The notes beneath the pieces are model-generated. The model worked only from the letters and a program-made list of their open reading frames with translations, ran no database searches and was not told the origin of the DNA. A stretch of DNA of 64,000 bases from Chloroflexota bacterium (GTDB lineage: Bacteria > Chloroflexota > Limnocylindria > Limnocylindrales > CSP1-4): NCBI GenBank assembly GCA_019637815.1, contig JAHBUZ010000008.1, positions 88,593 to 152,592 of the forward strand, written 5' to 3'. Shown one piece after another: positions 47,456 to 55,452 of the stretch; position 1 is the first letter of the stretch; every line of letters starts with the position of its first letter. The translations under genes were made by a program, and so were the position numbers.

Positions 47456-48331
47456 TCAGGCGCTCTCCGTCGGCCAGGGCAGCTCACCGGAGCACTCGGG
47501 GCATTCCAGGCCCAGGAAGTCGAGCCACTCGAGGGCGGTCGACGGGTCCGGCAGGCCGCCTGCCTCCGGGGCGCTCGCGGTGACCCTCGGGGCGAGGAAC
47601 CGGTCCAGCAGCACGACCGACGTCGCGTGTCGATCGAGATCGAGCGCCACGCTCAGAGCGGTGCGCCACGAGCCGTCGGGGTCGGCGACCAGCAGGTCGG
47701 ACGTGCCCAGGCCGTGCCGCCACGTCTCGAGTTCCTCGGCGGTGGAAATGGCGGCGATCACGAGCGTGGTGTCGGCCGCGTCGAGGGCGGTGCCATGTCG
47801 GCTCAGCTGGCGGGCATACCCGAAGCACGCGCCGCAGTCGGTGTCATGGGCGAGGAACAGGCACACCTGCCGCCGACCCCGCAACGAACCGAGTGACGCG
47901 GTCGTCCCGTCGGCGGTGACGTGGTCACGGAACGGGATGGGCCACTGGGTGATCTCGCCGTGGAGCTGGGTGAGCTCGCCGAGTGGACGTATCGGGCCCA
48001 CGGGTGGCGACCCATCGAGGGACGGCTCGACGGGCGCCTCGACCACTGGCTCGGTGGCCGCCCACCCGCGGAGGATCTCGCCGAGACGCTCCAGCGTCGG
48101 CTCCGCCACCACGACGTCGCCGACCACCACGGTCGGTGTCACCTGGTGGCCGTCGTTCAGCGCGCGCACGCGATCGAGTGCGCCCGGCGCGTGGTCGATG
48201 TCCAGGTATCGATATGGCACGCCCAGGTGGTGCAGTCGACTGCGCACGATGGCCGTGTCCTCGCACCAGGTGGCACCGAGGACCTCCAGTGGCGGGGCGG
48301 TGGCGGCTGGCGCGGTCCGGGTGGTCGACAT
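47456..48331 (-). CDS. Glutaredoxin-like (single-Cys) domain fused to a thioredoxin-fold/redoxin domain
   Basis: N-terminal part 'VLGATWCEDTAIVRSRL..YLDID..TPTVVVG'. C-terminal part 'VCLFLAHDTDCGACFGYARQL' (CxxC), plus a terminal 'CPEC'. Confidence 0.65.
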   Translation of the reverse strand: MSTTRTAPAATAPPLEVLGATWCEDTAIVRSRLHHLGVPYRYLDIDHAPGALDRVRALNDGHQVTPTVVVGDVVVAEPTLERLGEILRGWAATEPVVEAPVEPSLDGSPPVGPIRPLGELTQLHGEITQWPIPFRDHVTADGTTASLGSLRGRRQVCLFLAHDTDCGACFGYARQLSRHGTALDAADTTLVIAAISTAEELETWRHGLGTSDLLVADPDGSWRTALSVALDLDRHATSVVLLDRFLAPRVTASAPEAGGLPDPSTALEWLDFLGLECPECSGELPWPTESA

Positions 48332-48377
48332 GCGGATCTCCTGCGGCAGGCCCCCTGGTGGGCCCGTCCTGCCCGAT

Positions 48378-48408
48378 GATATTACACAGAATGACCGTGT
48401 AAAATATC
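48378..48408. promoter_or_regulatory. AT-rich palindrome carrying back-to-back -10-like hexamers
   Basis: GATATTACAC-agaatgacc-GTGTAAAATATC. TAAAAT (48400-48405) ends 6 nt before GTG 48412, which suggests a leaderless mRNA. TAATAT lies on the other strand. Confidence 0.55.
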
Positions 48409-48411
48409 CCC

Positions 48412-49095
48412 GTGGCGACCATGGACCGATACCCGACCCTCGCTGCCCCGGCTCGCGCTGACCTGCTGCGGGTCCTCCGGGCCGCATCGATGCCCATGTC
48501 CGTGGCGGAGCTCGCGAGCGTGCTGGGGTCGCATCGCAACACCTGCCGGGAGCATCTCGCCCGGCTGCTGGACGCGGGTCTCGTGACGCGCACGCCCGAG
48601 CACACCGGCAGGCGCGGTCGACCGAGCTGGCGGTACGCCGCCACGCCCGCGGCGATGGCCGAGGCCCCCACCGGTGTGTCCGCGCTCGCCCGGGCACTCG
48701 TCGACCACCTTGGCGCATCGCCGGATGCCACGACCCAGGCGGTGGACGCCGGCCGGCGCTGGGCCGGCACGCTCCAGCCGACCGATGGACGGACGGCCGA
48801 GCCGACCGAGCTCCCGGCCGACGGGCGGGCGCCCATGGCGCGACTCCTGGCGCTGTTCGAAGAGGCCGGGTTCGCACCCGAGGCGCCGACCCGCCCCGGC
48901 GGACCCATCGGGCTCCGAGCCTGTCCGTTCGGGCTGTCGCCACGCGATGGCTCTCGGGTGGCGTGTCGTGTCCATCGAGGGCTCATCGCGGGTGTGCTCG
49001 AGGGGCTTGGTGCGCCCGCCGACGAGGTCGTGCTGGAGCCGTTCGTGCGACCGGACCTGTGCCTCGCGCATGTGGGAGCGGTCGGTCGTGGCTGA
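48412..49095 (+). CDS. ArsR-type winged-helix regulator with a C-terminal Cys/His motif (SufR-like architecture)
   Basis: 'RADLLRVLRAASMPMSVAELASVLGSHRNTCREHLARLLDAGLV', and the C-terminal 'ACPF..x13..ACRVHRGL..x..DLCLAH'. Confidence 0.7.
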   Translation: MATMDRYPTLAAPARADLLRVLRAASMPMSVAELASVLGSHRNTCREHLARLLDAGLVTRTPEHTGRRGRPSWRYAATPAAMAEAPTGVSALARALVDHLGASPDATTQAVDAGRRWAGTLQPTDGRTAEPTELPADGRAPMARLLALFEEAGFAPEAPTRPGGPIGLRACPFGLSPRDGSRVACRVHRGLIAGVLEGLGAPADEVVLEPFVRPDLCLAHVGAVGRG

Positions 49096-49525
49096 GCGGA
49101 CGATCGCGCCGCACGAGGACCGGACCGCGCTCCCGGACGAGCCACCGGTGCCCTGGATGCCGTCGGTCCCTGCGCCGACCGCATCACGACCACCGGCGAC
49201 CCTCGTGGAGGCGATGGGTGGGCCTGCCGTCCCGGACGACATCGTCGAGGCGTTGGGCTATGTCATCGACCCGGAGCTGGGTGTCGACATCGTGGGCCTC
49301 GGGCTCGTCTATGACGCTCGCGTGATCGATGGGATCGCGCACATCCTGCTGACCACCACCACGCCGGCCTGTCCGGTCGGCTCGTACCTCACCGACGTGA
49401 TCCGCTGGGCGCTGCTGAGCCTGGAGCACATCGAGCGCGTGGAGGTGGAGCTGACCCACGACCCGCGCTGGACGCCCGCGCTCATGAGTGACGAGGTCAA
49501 GGTCCAGCTCGGCTGGGCGCGATGA
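49088..49525 (+). CDS. DUF59 (SufT/MIP18-like) Fe-S assembly-associated protein
   Basis: 'IVEALGYVIDPELGVDIVGLGLVY..LTTTTPACPVGSYL'. GTG 49088 overlaps the regulator stop; an internal ATG start is also possible. Confidence 0.7.
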   Translation: MAERTIAPHEDRTALPDEPPVPWMPSVPAPTASRPPATLVEAMGGPAVPDDIVEALGYVIDPELGVDIVGLGLVYDARVIDGIAHILLTTTTPACPVGSYLTDVIRWALLSLEHIERVEVELTHDPRWTPALMSDEVKVQLGWAR

Positions 49526-49589
49526 CGCGTCTCGGCGGGTCCGATGACCGGCGCGCCGGTGGCGTCATGACTCGCTCGCCAGTGGCGTC

Positions 49590-50678
49590 ATGACCAGCCC
49601 GCCGGTCGCGCTTCGACGCATCCCGCTCCTGCTGCCGGCCGCGATCGCGTTGGTCGCGGGTCTGGCGGGTGGCCTGGCGCTGCTGGGGTTGCCGGCCCAT
49701 GCCGGGACGCTCCGGTTCGCCGGCAGCCATGGCGTGCTGATGACGCTCGGCTTCCTGGGCACGCTCATCAGCCTGGAGCGGGCGGTGGCCCTCGCTCGGC
49801 CATGGGGCTTCGGCGCGCCCATCGCGGCGGGGCTCGGTGGGCTGCTGCTGGTGGCCGGCGCACCGCCGACCCTGGCGGCCGGGGTGTTCGCGGTCGGGGG
49901 CGGGGTGCTCGTGGTGATGTACGTTGCCTTCGACCGGATCGAGCGATCCATCCACGGCACCGTCCAGGCGCTCGGCGCGGTCGCGTGGCTCCTGGGAGCG
50001 ATCCTGCTCGTCGCCGGGCGACCGCTGGTGGAGGTCACACCGCTGCTCGCGGCGTTCCTGGTGCTGACCATCGTGGGGGAGCGGCTGGAGCTCTCGCGGC
50101 TCGCCCGTCCGTCACAGGAGGTCGTGCGCGTGTTCGCGGTCCTGGTGGCGCTGCTGTGCCTCGGGGTCCTGGTCGCGGTCCACCTCCCCGAGGTGGGCAT
50201 CCGCGTGGCGGGCGTCGCCATGCTGGGGCTCGCCGCATGGCTGGCGCGGTACGACATCGCGCGTCGGACGGTCCGGATCCCGGGCGTGACCCGCTTCATC
50301 GCGGTGTGTCTGCTGGTCGGCTACGTCTGGCTGGCCGTGGCGGGTGGGCTGTGGCTGATCCTGGGGCCCGTCACGAGCGGCAGCGGCCATGACGCGATGC
50401 TCCACGCCCTGTTCCTGGGCTTTGTGATGTCCATGGTCTTCGGCCACGCGCCGGTGATCCTGCCGTCCGTGCTGCGGGTGCCGCTGCCGTACCGGCCGTG
50501 GTTCTACGTGCACCTCGGGGTGCTGCATGTCGGGCTGCTACTGCGGGTGGTCGCCGGAGACCTGCTGGGGAACCAGGCCGCGTGGCAGTGGGGCGGGGTG
50601 CTCGGCGTGGTGGCCATCGCGCTGTTCCTCGTGGCGTCCGTCGTGTCCAGCGTCATGGCGATCCGCGCGCGCCGCTGA
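49590..50678 (+). CDS. Polytopic membrane protein, NnrS-like
   Basis: About 10-12 hydrophobic segments. His-containing blocks 'SHGVLMTLGFLGTLISLERA' and 'HDAMLHALFLGFVMSMVFGHAPVILP' resemble NnrS-family motifs as I remember them. Confidence 0.5.
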   Translation: MTSPPVALRRIPLLLPAAIALVAGLAGGLALLGLPAHAGTLRFAGSHGVLMTLGFLGTLISLERAVALARPWGFGAPIAAGLGGLLLVAGAPPTLAAGVFAVGGGVLVVMYVAFDRIERSIHGTVQALGAVAWLLGAILLVAGRPLVEVTPLLAAFLVLTIVGERLELSRLARPSQEVVRVFAVLVALLCLGVLVAVHLPEVGIRVAGVAMLGLAAWLARYDIARRTVRIPGVTRFIAVCLLVGYVWLAVAGGLWLILGPVTSGSGHDAMLHALFLGFVMSMVFGHAPVILPSVLRVPLPYRPWFYVHLGVLHVGLLLRVVAGDLLGNQAAWQWGGVLGVVAIALFLVASVVSSVMAIRARR

Positions 50679-50700
50679 CGGGTCAGGCTCGGCGACCGCA

Positions 50701-50789
50701 TCTGTCCCTGAGAGAAGGACAGATATCGGCCGATCTATCCCTGACAGAAGGACAGATCCCGGCCGGACTGTCCCTCCCAGAAGGACGGT
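50701..50789. repeat. Three tandem hairpins with an exact 33-nt period between convergent genes
   Basis: TCTGTCC-ctgagagaa-GGACAGA at 50701, TCTATCC-ctgacagaa-GGACAGA at 50734, and ACTGTCC-ctcccagaa-GGACGGT at 50767. The last hairpin abuts the stop of the PPOX-like gene. Confidence 0.8.
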
Positions 50790-51229
50790 CAGGTGTCGGC
50801 CGCGGTCCAGCCGATGTGTCGCGTCGGCGTGATGCGGATGATGGGGAGCGTCTCCAGCGGATGCGTGGCGTACTGCGGATAGCGCTCGCGGAGGGCGATC
50901 ACCGCAGTATCGTGGCCGGCCTCACCGGGCCCCAGCACCCGAGCGGTGCCCTCGATGCGCAGCCAGGCGAGTCGGCGCCAGTCCTCGTCCCATCGGTCGA
51001 CCAGCAGCGTGACCCGGGGGTCACGCAGGATGTCCTGGATGCGTGCCAGGCGCATCGGGTCGTCGCCGGCCTTGGGCTTGGCGTCGATGGGCGTGTCGAT
51101 GACGAGCGCACCGTCCTCCGAACCCACCGCGAAGCAGCAGGGCACGAGCCTCGGCCGCCCGTCCGCTGCGATCGTGGCGAGCGTGGCACGCCGGGATTCG
51201 TGGAGCAGCCCCGCGAGGACATCGGTCAT
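50789..51229 (-). CDS. PPOX-class (pyridoxamine-5'-phosphate-oxidase-like), probably F420-dependent, protein
   Basis: 'RRATLATIAADGRPRLVPCCFAV..LVIDTPIDAKPK..RLARIQDILRDPRVTLLVDRWDEDW'. Confidence 0.7.
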   Translation of the reverse strand: MTDVLAGLLHESRRATLATIAADGRPRLVPCCFAVGSEDGALVIDTPIDAKPKAGDDPMRLARIQDILRDPRVTLLVDRWDEDWRRLAWLRIEGTARVLGPGEAGHDTAVIALRERYPQYATHPLETLPIIRITPTRHIGWTAADT

Positions 51230-51336
51230 GTCGTCGACGATAGCGTGGTGGCCCGGTCGCGACTCGGTCACGATCTGGTCGCGAGGCACTCCGGGCCGCT
51301 CGCCGTGCCTTGACGATGGGCCTATGGTGCCCGTGT

Positions 51337-54300
51337 ATGCGATGGAGATGGGCGCTCGGTCTGGCCGCGTCGGCGGCCCTCGCGGTCTCGGCCTCCGTGA
51401 GCGCCCAGGCGCCATCCGCGCGCCCAGCCTCTGCCGTCCCGATGGTCTCCGTTGCGGACCTGGTCGTGGGCGAGTCCGATGGCTGGGCGGACGTGGTCGT
51501 CCGGCTCGACGCGCCTGCCGCCGGGCCGGTCAGCGTGGCCTACGCCACGGAGGGTCGCTACGCGCAGCCGGTCGGCACGGGGTGGGACGACTACGTGACC
51601 GCGGAAGGCACGCTCGAGATCTCGGCCGGCGAGACCGCCGCCACCATCCGCGTGGAGATCCTCGACGACGACGCCGTGGAAGGCCTCGAGACCTTCGTGT
51701 TCCAGCTCCGCGAGCCGCGGGGCGCGACCCTGGGCCAGGCGCTCGCCATCGTGACCATAATCGATGACGATGCGATCGCGAGCATCCCGGCGCTGGTGGC
51801 CCGCGACACGGTCGTGGACGAGACCGATGGGAGCGCGGAGGTCGTGGTGCTCCTCGGCGGCCCTGCGGGCACGGCTGCGACCGGACCCGTGAGCGTCGCG
51901 TGGCACACCCAGGACGCGGGTGCCACGGCCGGTGCGGACTACCTCGGCGCATCCGGCACCCTGGAGCTCGCCCCCGGCGACACGGTGGCCACCATCGTCA
52001 TCGACCTGCTCGGTGACACGGACCCGGAGCCCGACGAGCGGTTCGAGGTCGTGTTCACGGACCCGGTGGGTGTGACCCTGCCGGCGCGGCCGGCGATCGT
52101 CACCATCGCCGCATCGGACGCCCCCGCGGTCGCGCGCCCGGTGATCACGGTCGCAGACGTGGTCGTGGGCGAGTCGGATGGCTGGGTGGACATCCTGGTC
52201 CGCCTGGATGCGCCCGGGACGGACCTCGTCAGCATGGACTACGCCACGGAAGGGCGCTCCGCGAACCCGTTCGGCACGGGTCATGACGACTACTGGACCG
52301 CCGCGGGCACGCTCCACTTCCCGCCGGGTGTGACGGCACGCCACGTCCGGGTCGACGTCCGCGATGACGACATCCAGGAGGGGTACGAGTCGTTCGGGTT
52401 CCAGCTGCGCGACGCGCGGAACGCCACGATCGGGCGGTCCCTGGGCCTCGTCGCGCTCATCGATGACGACACCGTCTCCGGGATGCCAAGCCTCGTGGCG
52501 CGCGACGTGGCGGTGGACGAGGCCGCGGGCACGGCCGAGGTGGTGGTGCTCCTCGGCGGGCCACGGGGTGTCGCCGCCACGGCACCCGTGAGCGTCGCCT
52601 GGCACACGGAGGATGCCGGGGCCACGGCGGGCGAGGACTACCTGGCCGCGAGCGGCACCCTCGTCTTCGCGCCGGGTGACACCACCCGCACGATCGTCCT
52701 GGACCTGCTCGATGACGATGATCCGGAGCCGCTCGAGCGCTTCGCCGTCGTGTTCAGCGATCCCGCGGGCCTGGACCTGCCGCCCCGGCCCGCGCTGGTG
52801 ACCATCGCCGCATCGGATGCCCCGGCGGTCGCCCGCCCGGCCGTCTCGGTGTCGGACGTCATCGTGGGAGAGTCGGATGGCTGGGTGGACCTCGTCGTGT
52901 CCCTGGATGCGCCGGGCACGGAGACCGTGAGCGTCGACTACACCACGGAGGGTCGCACCGCGAACCCGGTCGGGACCGGTCATGACGACTACTGGACAGC
53001 GGCCGGCACGCTCGTCTTCCCGCCCGGGGTCACGAGCCGGACCGTGCGCGTGGAGCTGGTCGATGGCGACTGGGTGGAGGGCTTCGAGTCCTTCGGGCTC
53101 GTGGTGCGCGACCCGCGCAACGCGATCCTGGGCCAGCACCTGGGCATCGTCGGCGTCATCGATGACGACACCATCTCCGGGTCGCCCACGATCGTGGCGC
53201 GCGCCGGTGAGGTGGACGAGACGGACGGCACCGCGCAGGTCGTGGTGCTGCTGGGTGGTCCGCATGGGGCCGCGGCGTCCTCACCCGTGGGCGTCGCGTG
53301 GCGGACCGAGGATGCAGGTGCCACGGCAGGACAGGACTACATCGCGGCGAGCGGCATCCTGGAGCTGGCGCCCGGCGAGACGGCGCGGACCATCACCATC
53401 GACCTCATCGATGACGCGGCGCCGGAGTCGGCGGAGCGGTTCGCGATCGTCCTTTCGGACCCATCCGGGGCGGTGCTGGCGCCCGAGCCCACGCTGGTCA
53501 CCATCGCCGCATCGGATGGGCCGGCGGTGGCGCGTCCGGCGGTGTCGGTGTCGGACGCCATCGTCGGCGAGTCGGATGGCTGGGTGGACGTCGTGGTGCG
53601 ACTCGATGCACCCGGCACGGAGACCGTGAGCGTGGACTACGCCACGGAGGGTCGCACGGCGGGTCCGGTCGGCTCCGGCCACGACGACTTCTGGAGCGTC
53701 GCCGGCACGCTCGTCTTCCCCGCCGGTGTCACCAGCCGGAGCGTCCGGGTCGAGCTCATCGATGGCGACTGGGTCGAGGGCTTCGAGACGTTCGGGTTCG
53801 TGCTCCGTGACCCACGCAACGCGATCCTCGGGCAGTCCCTGGGCGTCGTCGGCATCATCGACGACGACACGCTGACCGCGGAGCCCGCGCTCGTGGTCCG
53901 GGGCGCCGAGGTCGATGAGGCGGACGGCACCGCGGAGGTGGTGGTGCTGCTCGGTGGCCCACGGGGCACCGGGTCGTCTGCGCCGGTCACGGTGGAGTGG
54001 CGGACGGAGGACGCTGGTGCCACGGCGGGCGAGGACTACATCGCCGCTTCGGGGACGCTGGAGCTCGCGCCCGGTGAGACCGCGCGGACCATCACCATCG
54101 ATCTCATCGACGACGCGGTGGCGGAGCCCTTCGAGGGCATCGCGATCGTGCTCTCGGACGCGTTCGGCGCCACGCTCCCGACCGAGCCGGCGACCATCAC
54201 CATCGCCGCGTCCGATGCCCCCGCGAGCGCCCAGCCGGCGATCTCCGTGTCGGACGCGGTCGTGGACGAGACCGATGGCTGGCTGGACATGGTCGTGCGC

Positions 54301-55395
54301 CTGGATGCACCGTCCACCGAGCCGGTCTCGGTCAGCTATGCCACGGAGGGTGGCACGGCAGGTCCCATCGGCTCCGGTCACGATGACTACCTGACCGCGG
54401 CCGGCACGCTCATCTTCCCGGCGGGCGTGACCGCGCGAAGCGTCCGCGTGGAGGTCCGCGATGACGATGTCGCGGAGGGACCGGAGACCGCCACGTTCGT
54501 GCTCCGCGAGCCGCGCAACGCCACGCTCCGCAGGGCCACGGGCACCATCTGCATCGTCGATGACGAGCAGGCCTCGGACGAGCCGCTGCCCTGCGAGCCG
54601 GTGACCGGGACGCTCGCGGTCACGAGTGCCACGGGGTTCGTGCAGGTAGGGGAGGGTGTCGCCATCGGGCTCGTCCTCGATACCTCCGGGAGCATGCTCG
54701 AGGACTTCGAGGGCGACCGGCGCATCGATGTCGCGAAGCGGGTGCTGCGCCAGCTCGTGACGGAGGACCTGGCACCCGGCACGCCGGTGGCCCTGCGGGT
54801 GTTCCGACGCGCTGCACGATCGTGTGACACCCAGCTCGCGGTGCCGCTGGGGCCGCTCGATCCGGGATCGATGGCCGAGACCATCGGCGGGCTGCGCCTG
54901 CTGCGCAACGCGAGCACGCCGCTCGCCAAGTCCATCGCGCGGGTGCGCCGTGACCTCGCGGACGCCACGGGGCATCGGGTGGTGGTCATCGTGAGCGACG
55001 GCCGGGAGACCTGTGGCGGTGACCCGGTGCGCGAGGTGCGTCGGCTCGTGGCCGACGGCATGGATGTGACGGTCAACGTGGTCGGGCTGGACCTCGACCG
55101 ACGGAGTCGGACCTCGCTCCGGCGCCTGGCGACGGTCGGCGCCGGCACCTACTTCGACGCGCGTGATCCCGAGCAGTTCGCGGCCGCCCTCCGTGCCGCG
55201 ACGAGCGCGCCCTACGAGGTCCTCGACGCGGACGGCGCGAGGGTGGGCAGCGGCACCATCAACGGCGCACCCATCCAGCTGCCGCCGGGCGACTACCAGG
55301 TGGTCATCCGCACCGATCCCGTGACCACGCTGAGCGCGACCGTCTCACCCGAGGTGGACGTGGTCCTCGAGATGCCGGAGACGCCGGGCGACTGA
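51337..55395 (+). CDS. Large secreted protein: nine Calx-beta modules, a VWA domain and a C-terminal beta-rich domain
   Basis: Signal peptide 'MRWRWALGLAASAALAVSASVSAQA'. Nine ~115-aa modules carry 'DY..A.GTL.F..G.T...I.V.I.DD...E..E.F'. VWA MIDAS 'VLDTSGSM' and 'VIVSDGRETCGGDP'. Confidence 0.85.
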   Translation: MRWRWALGLAASAALAVSASVSAQAPSARPASAVPMVSVADLVVGESDGWADVVVRLDAPAAGPVSVAYATEGRYAQPVGTGWDDYVTAEGTLEISAGETAATIRVEILDDDAVEGLETFVFQLREPRGATLGQALAIVTIIDDDAIASIPALVARDTVVDETDGSAEVVVLLGGPAGTAATGPVSVAWHTQDAGATAGADYLGASGTLELAPGDTVATIVIDLLGDTDPEPDERFEVVFTDPVGVTLPARPAIVTIAASDAPAVARPVITVADVVVGESDGWVDILVRLDAPGTDLVSMDYATEGRSANPFGTGHDDYWTAAGTLHFPPGVTARHVRVDVRDDDIQEGYESFGFQLRDARNATIGRSLGLVALIDDDTVSGMPSLVARDVAVDEAAGTAEVVVLLGGPRGVAATAPVSVAWHTEDAGATAGEDYLAASGTLVFAPGDTTRTIVLDLLDDDDPEPLERFAVVFSDPAGLDLPPRPALVTIAASDAPAVARPAVSVSDVIVGESDGWVDLVVSLDAPGTETVSVDYTTEGRTANPVGTGHDDYWTAAGTLVFPPGVTSRTVRVELVDGDWVEGFESFGLVVRDPRNAILGQHLGIVGVIDDDTISGSPTIVARAGEVDETDGTAQVVVLLGGPHGAAASSPVGVAWRTEDAGATAGQDYIAASGILELAPGETARTITIDLIDDAAPESAERFAIVLSDPSGAVLAPEPTLVTIAASDGPAVARPAVSVSDAIVGESDGWVDVVVRLDAPGTETVSVDYATEGRTAGPVGSGHDDFWSVAGTLVFPAGVTSRSVRVELIDGDWVEGFETFGFVLRDPRNAILGQSLGVVGIIDDDTLTAEPALVVRGAEVDEADGTAEVVVLLGGPRGTGSSAPVTVEWRTEDAGATAGEDYIAASGTLELAPGETARTITIDLIDDAVAEPFEGIAIVLSDAFGATLPTEPATITIAASDAPASAQPAISVSDAVVDETDGWLDMVVRLDAPSTEPVSVSYATEGGTAGPIGSGHDDYLTAAGTLIFPAGVTARSVRVEVRDDDVAEGPETATFVLREPRNATLRRATGTICIVDDEQASDEPLPCEPVTGTLAVTSATGFVQVGEGVAIGLVLDTSGSMLEDFEGDRRIDVAKRVLRQLVTEDLAPGTPVALRVFRRAARSCDTQLAVPLGPLDPGSMAETIGGLRLLRNASTPLAKSIARVRRDLADATGHRVVVIVSDGRETCGGDPVREVRRLVADGMDVTVNVVGLDLDRRSRTSLRRLATVGAGTYFDARDPEQFAAALRAATSAPYEVLDADGARVGSGTINGAPIQLPPGDYQVVIRTDPVTTLSATVSPEVDVVLEMPETPGD
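51439..54570 (+). repeat. Intragenic tandem repeat, 699-bp period (A/B Calx-beta pair) x 4.5
   Basis: The motif GAG(T/A)C(C/G)GATGGCTGG recurs at 51472, 52171, 52870, 53569 and 54268, i.e. exactly every 699 nt. Confidence 0.95.
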
Positions 55396-55452
55396 CCGAG
55401 CGCTCCGGTGCGGGTCCGATGGCCGGCGACGGCCGACCTGTCGTGAGCAGCC

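Noticed and set aside
50701-50789. Possible mini-CRISPR array (regularly spaced palindromic repeats).
   Set aside because: There are only three units, and the period is 33 nt with ~10-nt linkers that resemble each other (no unique spacers). No cas genes are present in the window.
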